Shown here one piece after another: positions 17,768 to 27,482 of a DNA stretch of 53,001 bases. The stretch lies in NCBI GenBank assembly GCA_039798445.1, contig JBDKFZ010000009.1, forward strand, positions 1-53,001, read 5' to 3'. Source of the DNA: Candidatus Parcubacteria bacterium (lineage in GTDB: Bacteria > Patescibacteriota > Minisyncoccia > Phycocordibacterales > EsbW-18). The notes beneath the pieces were generated by a model, which was given only the letters and a program-made list of their open reading frames with translations, did not search any database and had not been told where the DNA came from. How positions within the stretch are numbered: the stretch's first letter is position 1; each line of letters begins with the position of its first letter. A program made the position numbers and the translations under genes.

Positions 17768-18496
17768 TTATTCCAAAAAGAGTGTCGTTTTTCCAGAAGC
17801 GTTCTCGAGAATCCGGCCACTGTTTGCTATCGAGACTCCGACGGTTGTGGTGCCTGCCGCAGATTCTGATCGTAGAACCAGTCGGCCACTGTTACCGAGT
17901 GGGTTGGAGACACTCGAACTATTCACCTCCCATCGATATGAAAGAGCGGGGTTGTCACGCCGTGTTGTGGTAAAGAAAAGCGGGTACGTTTCTACAACAA
18001 GCTCTTCACCGTTGAGACGGGGGTTTTCGACGTTGAACAAGACTCCTCCAAGTGGTGCGTCGGCATAGACGAGCACACGAGGTTTGGTGAGTGGTATGCG
18101 GAGCGCACCTGTTCCGATGGGGCCCTTTTCATCAGAGACTTCGACGACGATGAGGGGAGATCCACCGAAGATCTCGCTACGGACTTCGTATGTGTTCTTG
18201 CCGACTCCTGAGCGTGCTCCATCAACGGCCCCATCAACGCGCCACGAATAGCTTGTCTTGTCGGTTGCGGCAATTCCTGAAGGTAGGAATGCGACGATTC
18301 GACCATCTCCCCCATCGGGCATAAGCGCCTTACCTTTGTAGAAAGGTGGCACGTACGAGCGGGCTTCCCAAACGAGTGTGATGTTGGGAGTGACGTTTTT
18401 TGTGACTACGTTCACCTGGGCGAGCGCAGATGACGAGACGAATGCGAACGATAGTGCGAATATTGCGAGGAGGTATTTCATGAGGCGTGGATTCAT
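17768..18496 (-). CDS. Hypothetical secreted protein with two beta-sandwich-like repeats
   Basis: Signal peptide MKYLLAIFALSFAFVSSSALA. Internal duplication (SYSWRVDGAV... and LSYRWEVNSSSV...). Confidence 0.55.
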   Translation of the reverse strand: MNPRLMKYLLAIFALSFAFVSSSALAQVNVVTKNVTPNITLVWEARSYVPPFYKGKALMPDGGDGRIVAFLPSGIAATDKTSYSWRVDGAVDGARSGVGKNTYEVRSEIFGGSPLIVVEVSDEKGPIGTGALRIPLTKPRVLVYADAPLGGVLFNVENPRLNGEELVVETYPLFFTTTRRDNPALSYRWEVNSSSVSNPLGNSGRLVLRSESAAGTTTVGVSIANSGRILENASGKTTLFLE

Positions 18497-18521
18497 GTGT
18501 ATTATCTCCTATTTATCGTTC

Positions 18522-19649
18522 CTATGAAACGTCGTCATTCACATCTCTGGGGATGGGCGTTGCACCGCTAGGTGTCGTATCTACCACCGCTTCCGGAGAG
18601 GCCTCTTTTTGTCGCACATCGAAGTCGACGGGCTTGCCACCTTGCCGTGTGCCACGGCCGAATGAGGATGAGCCTGCTCCTGGGAAAGGAATACGTTGCT
18701 CTTCGGTGCGGCTCGCTTGTCGAGGCAATGAATCGATTCCTCGTGGTGTCGCTGACTCAAGTGCGTAGGGGTCTTCTTGATAGGGGTCAGGGGTGAACGA
18801 TGTATCTTCTTGTGATGGCCGGAGTCCAGTCACGACTTCCTCGTCTTGAGGATTGGGCTGTCGCCGCGATGCTGGCGGAGTTCTTTTTGGCGCTGGTTTC
18901 GCTGGTGTAGCACCTTTGGTTACAGGTACAGAGGGGTCGGCAAAATGTTCTTCTTGTGAGGCGGTGACGGGGTTCTTTTCAGGGGTTATGAGGGTAGGTC
19001 GGTTTGGAGTCTCGGGAGTTGCTCCTCGCGCACCCGATGGTGATTTGCTCCCCTTGATATGTGGGGTCGCGCCAGTGAGCGGGGGCAGTTCGCCGCCCTC
19101 TCGAAGTGGAGTCTCATATTTGTGCCACAAGTCCATGGCGAGCATGATGAGCTTCACCATCTTTTTTTCTCGATAGTGTGCCATCAGGACCAAGATGGTG
19201 TTCGCAGGAACCAGTTTGAGGATGGGGATAGATTCTAAAACGAGGACCCCGACCATCCAAAGCCAAAAACGTTTGATGAGAAAACCTCTCCACCAGGTGC
19301 CGTTCATCTTTCCAAGAAACCAAAAGAATAGGATTACCCAGAGGATCCACCCTAAGATCAATACGACGACATATCCCACACCGGTCAGCTCGAGAAGTGT
19401 AAAATCGATAAGGTCTTTACAGATGGAACAGTAGAGGGCAAAAAACGGGAGTGAGGGCGAAGGTGGTGGCGGGTCGTTTCGGACGATGGCCATCTCCGTC
19501 TCTTTTTCAACATCCTCTCCGTTTTTTTTGAAGATATCGCGTATGCCTCGAATGCCTTCTCGCACCAGATTTTCTGTTTCTGCGGAGGGCTGGTCCGTGG
19601 GAGATGTTGCTCCTGCTGATGGATTGTTCGGAGTTTCGTTTTGTGGCAT
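18522..19649 (-). CDS. Hypothetical polytopic membrane protein with a long disordered P/T-rich tail
   Basis: About 4 TM segments in the centre (YVVVLILGWILWVILFFWFL, WLWMVGVLVLESIPIL...) and a low-complexity C-terminal half. Confidence 0.55.
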   Translation of the reverse strand: MPQNETPNNPSAGATSPTDQPSAETENLVREGIRGIRDIFKKNGEDVEKETEMAIVRNDPPPPSPSLPFFALYCSICKDLIDFTLLELTGVGYVVVLILGWILWVILFFWFLGKMNGTWWRGFLIKRFWLWMVGVLVLESIPILKLVPANTILVLMAHYREKKMVKLIMLAMDLWHKYETPLREGGELPPLTGATPHIKGSKSPSGARGATPETPNRPTLITPEKNPVTASQEEHFADPSVPVTKGATPAKPAPKRTPPASRRQPNPQDEEVVTGLRPSQEDTSFTPDPYQEDPYALESATPRGIDSLPRQASRTEEQRIPFPGAGSSSFGRGTRQGGKPVDFDVRQKEASPEAVVDTTPSGATPIPRDVNDDVS

Positions 19650-19664
19650 GAGAGCCGGCTTCTA

Positions 19665-21731
19665 CTACTGAAGCACGTTCTTCAATTCTACACCCTCAGT
19701 GATGCTTTTCGGAGGCTCAGGAGCGATGCTTTGTGCCGGTTGTGCTGCGGGACGCTGTGGTGCAACGACAGATGCATCGCCTGATGATGGTCGTGTTTTT
19801 GTTGCGGCAGGAACAGTGTCTGATGCCAGCGTATCGTCGGACGATGGCTTTGTTTTTTCTGGAACGAGTGCGGGTGCGGGCATCGCGGTCTCTGCTGCAT
19901 TCTCCGCGGCGGTCGTCTGGGCTTGTCGGTATTCTGCCTTTGCCTTTTTGATAGCCATCACCTGTGACGGATCGGACGTGATGATTTGGTCTTCGGTGTA
20001 TGAAGCGATGGTTTTGATGGCGACGTGTTTGAGTCCCGCAAAGAAGATGCCCTCCCCTACTTCTGATTCGAGCAAGAGATATTTTTCTTCGTCGGTGAGG
20101 TTGAATGTCTTCTGAACCAAATCAACCGATGATGGTGATTGTTTGAGCAGAACTTGGATCGATGAGTTTGTGATGATTGGGAGACCGTATGGTGAGCGCA
20201 AGAAGTCGCCGACGTCTTGTGTGATTGTTGCGATACCCAAGAAGTATTTGCGGCCACGTTTTGCAAGACCAAAGAGGAGCGATGCGGTGTCTTCTGACTT
20301 CATCATCCACCACGCCTCATCGACGACGAGGAGACGTTTCTTGATGTCGCGGCGGACCGCGCTCCAGATGTAGTGTGTGATGAGATACATCGCAACCGGC
20401 TTCAATTCATCTTCCATGTCGCGCACCGAGAACACAACGAACTTCTTGTTGATGTCGACGTTCGATGGGTTGTTGATGAATCCAGACCATGTTCCTTTTG
20501 TGTATTTGGAAAGACGCGTCACGAGCGACTCCCCTCCTTCCATGCCGGCCAAGACAAGCTCAAAGTCAGAGAGAAGCGGTGGTTGTGCACCTGCCCAGTC
20601 GGCTTCGCCGGTGATGTCTTTGAGCGCGTATGTCTCGGTGAGCGCGCGGTCGACGATGGCGTCTTCTTCGGGAGTGAGATTGCCGAACATAATACGGAAG
20701 AGACCGACGAGTGTCACGATGTGTGAACGCAGAACGTTGTTCGGTGTCTCATCTTCTTTGACTGGTGGCAGGTCAAACGGATTGATGTGGTGCTCCGACG
20801 TAAGCGAGATGTTGAAATAGCGGCCACCCATCGATTCAGCCATGAATTCGTATTCGCGCTCGGGGTCGATGACGATGACTTCGGTCTCGAACATGAGTGT
20901 GCGGAGAATTTCGAGCTTCGTTGCATATGATTTACCAGCACCTGACGTTGCGAACGTTACCGAGTTGTAGTTTGGGAGCGAGAAGCGGTCGAACAAGATA
21001 AGCGACGAGTTGTGGCGGTTCACACCGTAGAGAATCCCCTTGTCTGAGGTGAGGTCGAACGAAACGAATGGGAAGAAGCTCGAAAGCGGTGATGTGTTGA
21101 GTTTCGAGTGAACATTGAGTTCATCGAGTTGGATCGGAAGAACACTGCGGAAGCCTTGTTCTTGCTGAAAAAGCGCAGGTTTGAGGTAGATGAGGCGAGC
21201 TTCGAGGATTGAACGAATTTCGGACTCCATCTTATCGAGCTCGTTCTGGCTCTCGGCATAGATTGATATATAGAGACCGACATCGAAGAGTTTCTCGGTC
21301 GCCTGCTGGAGCTGGTCGCGCAACCCTTCGAGGTTCTGGTAGGCAGCATCGAGCATCGGATCGCGCACGAGACCCTTCTCTTCTCGCATATGAATCTGGC
21401 TCTGCACTTCGGCAACGCGCTTACGGAAATCTTTGAGCGCGACCGATGTCTCAATCGGCATGATTGAAATCGAAATGTCGAAGACCTTATCCAAGTTGAT
21501 GATCGGCGAAAGCCAGTTGTCCGGGATGAAACGTGGGTATGAGATAACGAAGAAGGTGCGCACGATGCGGTCACCAAGATTGAGTTCGCGTGGTGTGATC
21601 TTGAGCGCCGAAGGAGCAAGGATGTCTTTGAGTTCCAAGACTCCTGCCTCGTAGATGTCTTTTGGAAGGACCGGTGTTATCTCCGGAGCACCTGCTGTTT
21701 TTCGTTTTGTTAAGAAATCAAAGAAAGACAT
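19665..21731 (-). CDS. VirB4/TrbE/ConE-like T4SS ATPase
   Basis: Walker A ATSGAGKSYATK and Walker B RLLVVDEAWWMM. N-region pattern ILAPSALKITPRELNLGDRIVRTFFVISYPRFIPDNWL. Disordered C-tail. Confidence 0.8.
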   Translation of the reverse strand: MSFFDFLTKRKTAGAPEITPVLPKDIYEAGVLELKDILAPSALKITPRELNLGDRIVRTFFVISYPRFIPDNWLSPIINLDKVFDISISIMPIETSVALKDFRKRVAEVQSQIHMREEKGLVRDPMLDAAYQNLEGLRDQLQQATEKLFDVGLYISIYAESQNELDKMESEIRSILEARLIYLKPALFQQEQGFRSVLPIQLDELNVHSKLNTSPLSSFFPFVSFDLTSDKGILYGVNRHNSSLILFDRFSLPNYNSVTFATSGAGKSYATKLEILRTLMFETEVIVIDPEREYEFMAESMGGRYFNISLTSEHHINPFDLPPVKEDETPNNVLRSHIVTLVGLFRIMFGNLTPEEDAIVDRALTETYALKDITGEADWAGAQPPLLSDFELVLAGMEGGESLVTRLSKYTKGTWSGFINNPSNVDINKKFVVFSVRDMEDELKPVAMYLITHYIWSAVRRDIKKRLLVVDEAWWMMKSEDTASLLFGLAKRGRKYFLGIATITQDVGDFLRSPYGLPIITNSSIQVLLKQSPSSVDLVQKTFNLTDEEKYLLLESEVGEGIFFAGLKHVAIKTIASYTEDQIITSDPSQVMAIKKAKAEYRQAQTTAAENAAETAMPAPALVPEKTKPSSDDTLASDTVPAATKTRPSSGDASVVAPQRPAAQPAQSIAPEPPKSITEGVELKNVLQ

Positions 21732-21733
21732 GA

Positions 21734-22384
21734 TTATGAATTGAGTTTGATTGGCTTCTCAGAGTCGCCAGGGTTGAAGAGCTTGTAGTAGAGCTCAACA
21801 AGCTCTTCAGTTCCCAATTGAACAGCGCGGATGCCGGCGCGCGCGAGACCTTGTGAGACGACGGCGACACGCTGATCGAGCTGGCTCTTGTTCTCTTCGA
21901 ATATGTTGAGAATCTCCTGCGAGTCTTTTTTCTTTCCCATGAGCCCACCGAGCGCTCCGGTGATTCCCCCGCTGCTTTGTGACACCGCCGCTGCAGAATA
22001 TGGGACGACGACGAAGAAGCTCTTGGACATGATGTTCACATTCTCGGTGAACCCTTTGATGAATTCGATGTACTCACGTGTCTGGACCTTAATGAGATCA
22101 ATCGTCTGTTCTTTGAGTTGAGCATCGAGAAGTGCGAGGTATGGGCGGATGTCGAGTTCGCGTGATTCGATGAAGAACTGCAACGGGAACTCAATCGAGT
22201 TGATGAGATTTTGGAACTGCATGATAATCGCCGTCTGTTCGCTCTCGGATTTGAGAGCAAAGTTGAGCGATGATGCGAGCAAGACGCTTCGGAGCGATCC
22301 ATCGACTAAAACGACGGTACCACTCCGGATTTCTTTGATCGGAACGAACTTTTGCGCGGACTGCGCTTTAGGAGCGGGAGCCAT
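21734..22384 (-). CDS. Protein resembling the extreme N-terminal domain of Gram-positive-type VirB4 (ConE/Orf16-like)
   Basis: FVPIKEIRSGTVVLVDGSLRSVLLASSLNFALKSESEQTAIIMQFQNLINSIEFPLQFFIESRELD. The stop lies 2 nt before the ATPase ATG (TAATCATG), in a different frame. Confidence 0.45.
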   Translation of the reverse strand: MAPAPKAQSAQKFVPIKEIRSGTVVLVDGSLRSVLLASSLNFALKSESEQTAIIMQFQNLINSIEFPLQFFIESRELDIRPYLALLDAQLKEQTIDLIKVQTREYIEFIKGFTENVNIMSKSFFVVVPYSAAAVSQSSGGITGALGGLMGKKKDSQEILNIFEENKSQLDQRVAVVSQGLARAGIRAVQLGTEELVELYYKLFNPGDSEKPIKLNS

Positions 22385-22444
22385 GCAGATATTGTAGCGT
22401 ACAAGGCACTATGAACAAGGAACAAAAACCGTTATTCTTATCTT

Positions 22445-22861
22445 ATGCGATTCGAAGTACCCCAATTCATCGATGTCGAAGATAAGATCTTCGGCCCGCT
22501 GACGTTCAAACAGTTCATCTATCTCGCGGGAGGCGCTGGAGCCTCAGTAATTCTGTGGTCATTCCTCCCTAAAATTGTGGCGATCCTTCTTATTCTCATC
22601 GTCGTTGGTCTTGCCTGTGCGCTTGCTTTCTACAAGATTAACAACAAGCCGTTCGTCGATTTTCTCGAATCAGCATTCAAATACAGCCTTGCAGGAAAGC
22701 TCTATATCTGGAAGAAAGAGGCGCGCCCTGTCGAACAGCATACCGCCGCCCTCCCTACCGATGAGTCTGTGGGCGTACCGCGTATCTCTGACAGTAAGCT
22801 TCGCGACCTGGCCTGGAGTCTCGATGTCCACGATTCGCTCTATAGCGAAACGGAGAAATAA
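22445..22861 (+). CDS. PrgI/VirB3-like small membrane protein
   Basis: MRFEVPQFIDVEDKIFGPLTFKQFIYLAGGAGA followed by two TM helices. Divergent from the VirB4 operon. Confidence 0.6.
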   Translation: MRFEVPQFIDVEDKIFGPLTFKQFIYLAGGAGASVILWSFLPKIVAILLILIVVGLACALAFYKINNKPFVDFLESAFKYSLAGKLYIWKKEARPVEQHTAALPTDESVGVPRISDSKLRDLAWSLDVHDSLYSETEK

Positions 22862-22887
22862 AACACCCCGCAGATGCGGGGTGTTTT
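22861..22887. terminator. Bidirectional terminator
   Basis: aaacaccccgc agat gcggggtgttt. Confidence 0.75.
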
Positions 22888-22896
22888 CAACTCTCT

Positions 22897-23484
22897 TTAA
22901 TTCGTCGGTTCTCGATAGGGGTCGACTGCTGCGTACTTGCCGTCTCGTACGGGGGCTGAGGGGGTTGGTTTCGGCACTGAGGGTGTCACTGGAGCCTTTA
23001 CGGTGACAGAATCCGGCGCAAGGCGGAATGTGCCGTCCATCTTCACTTGCGTCATATCCGCACCAAGTGTGCGCGAGACGGATGCCATAGCTGGTGGAGG
23101 CGTTTGAACTGCGGCGGGTGCTTGTGTTGGAGCAGCCGGCGCGACAAGTGGCGTCTTTGCATCGTGTGCTGCTTCCATGACATGCATACGGATTGGCGCG
23201 AGCAACAAAGTGTTTACATCTGCCACAAGCGCCTCGATCTTGGCGGATTCGAGTGTTGGCAACGCACGTCGAAGCTCGCTCGGGAGCTCTTTTGGAAGCA
23301 CAAGACCAAAGGTGATGGGCGCGAGTGTGTCGGCGACTGCTGCAATCTGTGCAACGGTGAGCTCGTGCTTCTTCATGATGGTATGAAAAGCTTCGGACTG
23401 CTCCTGTGACATAACAATATCTTGAATGTCCTGAGGGAGTTTATGAAGTCCTTCGAGAAGTTGTTGTTTGGTGAACCGTGACAC
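22897..23484 (-). CDS. Hypothetical protein (195 aa), helical N-domain plus P/A-rich tail
   Basis: ORF only. Last gene of the VirB6 operon. No family recognised. Confidence 0.5.
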   Translation of the reverse strand: MSRFTKQQLLEGLHKLPQDIQDIVMSQEQSEAFHTIMKKHELTVAQIAAVADTLAPITFGLVLPKELPSELRRALPTLESAKIEALVADVNTLLLAPIRMHVMEAAHDAKTPLVAPAAPTQAPAAVQTPPPAMASVSRTLGADMTQVKMDGTFRLAPDSVTVKAPVTPSVPKPTPSAPVRDGKYAAVDPYREPTN

Positions 23485-23493
23485 AAATGTTCG

Positions 23494-25752
23494 TTAGAAT
23501 ACTAATCCGTTAATAGAGGTGAGCCAACCGACTGACGCGCTAAGCGTGTTCAGTTTAAGTTGCTCGTCTACTGTCAGAGGTCGTCCTGTTATTGCGGATA
23601 GACGGGCGTGTTCGGCAGTGATGTTAGCTCGTATTGTGCTCTTGTCTGCGTCGCTCATTTTGCCGTCAGTGGCAATCTTAGCAAGAGTGTTTGCTGAGAG
23701 ATGTCCAGAGACAGCAGCATTCGTGAGGACATCTGACGGTAATTGTGCGACCTCGTGAGGTTTGCCGGAGGCGATTTTCTTCGCCTCCTTATTGACATCC
23801 GCGACACTCTTTCCAGGATTGACATTGAGCCTATCAAGAAGACCGGTCTTGCGTGCGCCGTTGATTTCATTCTTAACCGTATCGCTGACAAGATCACTCG
23901 ACATAATCTTGTCCATATGTTTCGAGGTGAGGTCGGGCGCCATTTTCTTGAGTTTGTCGATCTGTCCAGTTGCCAACATTTCCTCGATTTGTTTATCAGT
24001 CATTCTTGAAACAGTCTCAAGATAATCCTTGATGGCGCCTGTTGTGGAGTCGTATGTGCCCGCACTGAGATCTTTCTGTGTTTGTACAAGACCGTCCTTA
24101 ATCTTCTGTGCATCGTTCGCCTCCTTAACAGCCTGGCCGAGCTCTTTCTGACGCTGGAGAGCTGCCTTTTCGCGGTCGGCAAGGCTTTCTTGTGAACCGA
24201 ATTTTGATGCAGCAGTTGTCTTGAGTGTATCGCGGATACCTTCATCAATAGGTGTTCTCCGGGCGATACCAGCAATCGTTCTTCCTGCTGCAAATTTGGC
24301 TACACCTGTAACACCCTTGGCATCTTTAAAGGTGAGCTGAGACATGCGGCCCATAGCAGTGTCGTACTTTTCTCCGGCAAATCGAGCGCCTCTACCAAAA
24401 GTATTGCGTCCGAGGAAGCCAAGGACCGCTCCCGGTGCTCCTTGCGCCTTCTTGATCGCCCAGTTGGCGGCCCCATTTGATGCTGCACCTGCGGTACTCT
24501 TGGCAACGACCATACTCACAATGAGGAGGCCGATGACGATGGCATATTGAACGAGACCCTCTACACCACCAACCAATCCAGGCACAGATTCTGCTGAGAA
24601 CCTACCTCTAAACTCCGGGTTTGAAACGACAACCGCAGTGACCACCAAGAAGAGCATCATGAGCGGTGCAAACACGGCTTGATCGATAAGCGTCTTCCAC
24701 CATTTTTTGGAATACCCTGCTATTTGCGGGAAAAGGCCACCCATCACCGAGACCGGTGAGGTTATGAGAAGGATGATGAGGACAACGAACCGGCCGAGAA
24801 GCAAGAAGCCCATCGCAAAGAATACGAATGCCAAAATGAGGAATGTGATCGAAGAGAAGATCATCTGCTGCAACAAAGTCGCCACGAAGGATGCCGCATT
24901 CAGGTCTTTGATAGCGGCAACTTGGATTCCTGTCCCCTGCATGAAGACTGCAGTAATGCCACCCGGTGTTCCAACGACGCTGTTATCTTCGCCCGCCTCG
25001 ATGTTGTCACCGATCCTTCTCACCGCTTCGTGCATCTGTACGGTGAGGACGTTCGATGCGTCGATGATGACGCTTGTGAAGAAGAAGCTGAAGTTGATGA
25101 GAAGGCCCGCGATGACGACTCCTTTGACGATACCCTTCTCTTTACCGAGACCAAGAATCATCGATATCGATGCATACAAAAGAAGGAAGATGAATGTGAT
25201 GTTCATCGTGTCGCGCAAAACGGTCCATGCGATGCGGATGCCTGGCAATGCTGCCCAGTTGTGAAAATCTAATATGGACAGCTTGATGACGAGGTCGAGG
25301 AACATCGCAGAGATCCACACCAAGAAACCAAATGTCGAGTAGATGGCGTAATAGAAGAGCCTTCCGATGACACAGTTGAGATCTGGAGAGAGCCAACCTC
25401 CGCAGTCGATATCTTGTGGTTCTGCCGGAGGCTGAGGTGATGCCGCGATACCGCTTCCAGCAGGGGCGTTTGCAACACATGCGGACCCCTCTTGGTGTTG
25501 TCCGGCCGGACACGACATGGTGTCAGGAGACCATGGCTCATCATCGACACACCCCGATCCTTCTTGGTGCTGTCCTACTCCACACGAGATTGTATCGGGG
25601 ATACAGCCAAAACCGCTTGGGTCTGGGTGGGTACCAGGCTGACATGTTTGTGCAAGGCTCTGCTGTGGAGCAAAGAGAATGAATCCTGCTAGCACCAAGA
25701 AACTGATGCTGGTTGTGAGGAGAGCTATTTTTTTACCCCAGTTTGTTTTCAT
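23494..25752 (-). CDS. VirB6/TrbL-like polytopic membrane protein with a Cys-repeat ectodomain and long C-terminal soluble domain
   Basis: Signal peptide, 3x C-x2-G-x-H-x3-5-SG-x-C repeats, about 7-8 TM helices, and a roughly 300-aa K/A/T-rich C-domain. Confidence 0.55.
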   Translation of the reverse strand: MKTNWGKKIALLTTSISFLVLAGFILFAPQQSLAQTCQPGTHPDPSGFGCIPDTISCGVGQHQEGSGCVDDEPWSPDTMSCPAGQHQEGSACVANAPAGSGIAASPQPPAEPQDIDCGGWLSPDLNCVIGRLFYYAIYSTFGFLVWISAMFLDLVIKLSILDFHNWAALPGIRIAWTVLRDTMNITFIFLLLYASISMILGLGKEKGIVKGVVIAGLLINFSFFFTSVIIDASNVLTVQMHEAVRRIGDNIEAGEDNSVVGTPGGITAVFMQGTGIQVAAIKDLNAASFVATLLQQMIFSSITFLILAFVFFAMGFLLLGRFVVLIILLITSPVSVMGGLFPQIAGYSKKWWKTLIDQAVFAPLMMLFLVVTAVVVSNPEFRGRFSAESVPGLVGGVEGLVQYAIVIGLLIVSMVVAKSTAGAASNGAANWAIKKAQGAPGAVLGFLGRNTFGRGARFAGEKYDTAMGRMSQLTFKDAKGVTGVAKFAAGRTIAGIARRTPIDEGIRDTLKTTAASKFGSQESLADREKAALQRQKELGQAVKEANDAQKIKDGLVQTQKDLSAGTYDSTTGAIKDYLETVSRMTDKQIEEMLATGQIDKLKKMAPDLTSKHMDKIMSSDLVSDTVKNEINGARKTGLLDRLNVNPGKSVADVNKEAKKIASGKPHEVAQLPSDVLTNAAVSGHLSANTLAKIATDGKMSDADKSTIRANITAEHARLSAITGRPLTVDEQLKLNTLSASVGWLTSINGLVF

Positions 25753-25778
25753 GTGTTCGGTATCGAAGTTGTCTCGCC

Positions 25779-27479
25779 TTATTCTTCAACCGTCGCACCT
25801 CCCGATTCAAAATTCACCTTTAGGTTCTTCCATGTAAAACCATCGGCGAGACCTTCATCTGCTGACGCATTTTCGGCGTTGCCGAGCTTGATGAAGAACC
25901 CACCGCGACCGCGCTGATCTCCACTTTGGAGTACATCAACTGTTGTGTCCTGGGAGACAATGGTCGAACCATCGACTTTTAAGGTCATGTTTCCGTTACC
26001 TGGGTTGTAGTCGACGATGACATGGTACGTGATGTTGTCTCGGAACGGGCTTCGCACAGACTTCTCGAGCATGTCACAGCTGTTCACAGCTGTTGCAAAA
26101 CGAACCTTACCGTTTTCTGTATTCAAAACAACCTCTGCAATATTGTTCCCTCCCCACTCTGATTGGTCTATATTCGGTCCTCGGTGGAGCCAGAACAAGT
26201 TGAGTTGTGAGGCATAGTCAGGGGCCGTTTGTGGTGCTGTGGTCAAATCAAACTCAGCTGTTACACGTGAGTAGTTCTGTCCAGGTGGGACATCAATATT
26301 GATTTCTTTGAATGGGTCATCGGCTGTTGAGGTGAATGCTTGTGGTTCGTTGACCAGTTGTCCATTCGGTCGGCCGGGCTCTCCTGCACCGCTACTTGGG
26401 GGTGTACATGCACCACCGCCACCGCCAACAGGAGGAGGTGGGAGCTCATGATCGATTTCCTCAGGGTCGTACTCCGCGAGGCCACCCTCTTGCGTGAGGA
26501 TGTCTGAGATGAGCCATGCGGCGAGAAGATTGAAGATCTCATCAAACTCATCGGCGGTCGCTATTTGGTCGAGGTTCACACCAAACGCTTGTTCGAGTGA
26601 CGTCTTGATTTGTGCTCCTGGAGTAACGACTCGTGGAGGATCACAGACGGTGCCGGATGGTGGAGGACCAACCTGAGTTTCGTCATAGGGTGTTGGGGGG
26701 CCTGCCTGGTCATCAGGAAGAGGCGTATAACAATCTTGCACCTCTTTTGAAAGGAATCCGCTACCGAGATCTATTTTTATTGACGCTTCACCTGATGCCG
26801 AATTGATTTTGGTGGCAAGCTCGTTGCGCGCCTCGAAGTATGCGCCGTAGGGGTTATTTTGAGGATTCGAAAACATCGATCGCCACCCGTCCCATCCACC
26901 GGCAGAGAAGTCGCCTGCAAGGAAAGCATCGATGTTCTCGACGCTCTCGCTGAGGGTACAGCTCGATCCATTGATACCGAGTGGGCCGCGTCCACTCGAA
27001 TTCTTGTAGAGCATGTTGAGCTGTAGCTGGATGTCAGCACGGAACGGAGAACAAAGGAATGGCGCGGCATTTTCGATGTAGCTGCCGACTTGTCGATCGG
27101 CAACGTTTCGAAGATATGCACCGATGTTTTGCACGAACGCAGGGTTGCCATTCATGCCTGTTTGTACCCACTGTACTGTCGAGCCGGTCATCTCTTGAAT
27201 GATGGCGTTCTTGAATGCCCAAAAGAGACAGTCGAGAATCTGCTCCTTGATGTTGGTCGCGATATCGTTCGTGGGCACGTTCATGCCGCCTGCGATGAAA
27301 CTGATGACCATGAGGATGGCTGCCGTCGCCGCACACATGACGACACCATTCTCGAAGTTCTCCTGGGTATCGTCGCTGAAGCTGCCGAATCCAGCATCGG
27401 CAACAATTGGAGTCACAATGTTCGTAACAAAAGCAAAGACGACGAGGAGTGTGAGGAATTTTCGTGCGAGAGTGTTCAT
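25779..27479 (-). CDS. Hypothetical membrane-anchored protein (566 aa) with a beta-sandwich-like C-domain
   Basis: N-terminal TM(s). Conserved-looking segment ILDCLFWAFKNAIIQEMTGSTVQWVQTGMNGNPAFVQN, a PPPPVGGGGG linker, and a jelly-roll-like C-terminus. Confidence 0.5.
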   Translation of the reverse strand: MNTLARKFLTLLVVFAFVTNIVTPIVADAGFGSFSDDTQENFENGVVMCAATAAILMVISFIAGGMNVPTNDIATNIKEQILDCLFWAFKNAIIQEMTGSTVQWVQTGMNGNPAFVQNIGAYLRNVADRQVGSYIENAAPFLCSPFRADIQLQLNMLYKNSSGRGPLGINGSSCTLSESVENIDAFLAGDFSAGGWDGWRSMFSNPQNNPYGAYFEARNELATKINSASGEASIKIDLGSGFLSKEVQDCYTPLPDDQAGPPTPYDETQVGPPPSGTVCDPPRVVTPGAQIKTSLEQAFGVNLDQIATADEFDEIFNLLAAWLISDILTQEGGLAEYDPEEIDHELPPPPVGGGGGACTPPSSGAGEPGRPNGQLVNEPQAFTSTADDPFKEINIDVPPGQNYSRVTAEFDLTTAPQTAPDYASQLNLFWLHRGPNIDQSEWGGNNIAEVVLNTENGKVRFATAVNSCDMLEKSVRSPFRDNITYHVIVDYNPGNGNMTLKVDGSTIVSQDTTVDVLQSGDQRGRGGFFIKLGNAENASADEGLADGFTWKNLKVNFESGGATVEE

Positions 27480-27482
27480 GAT

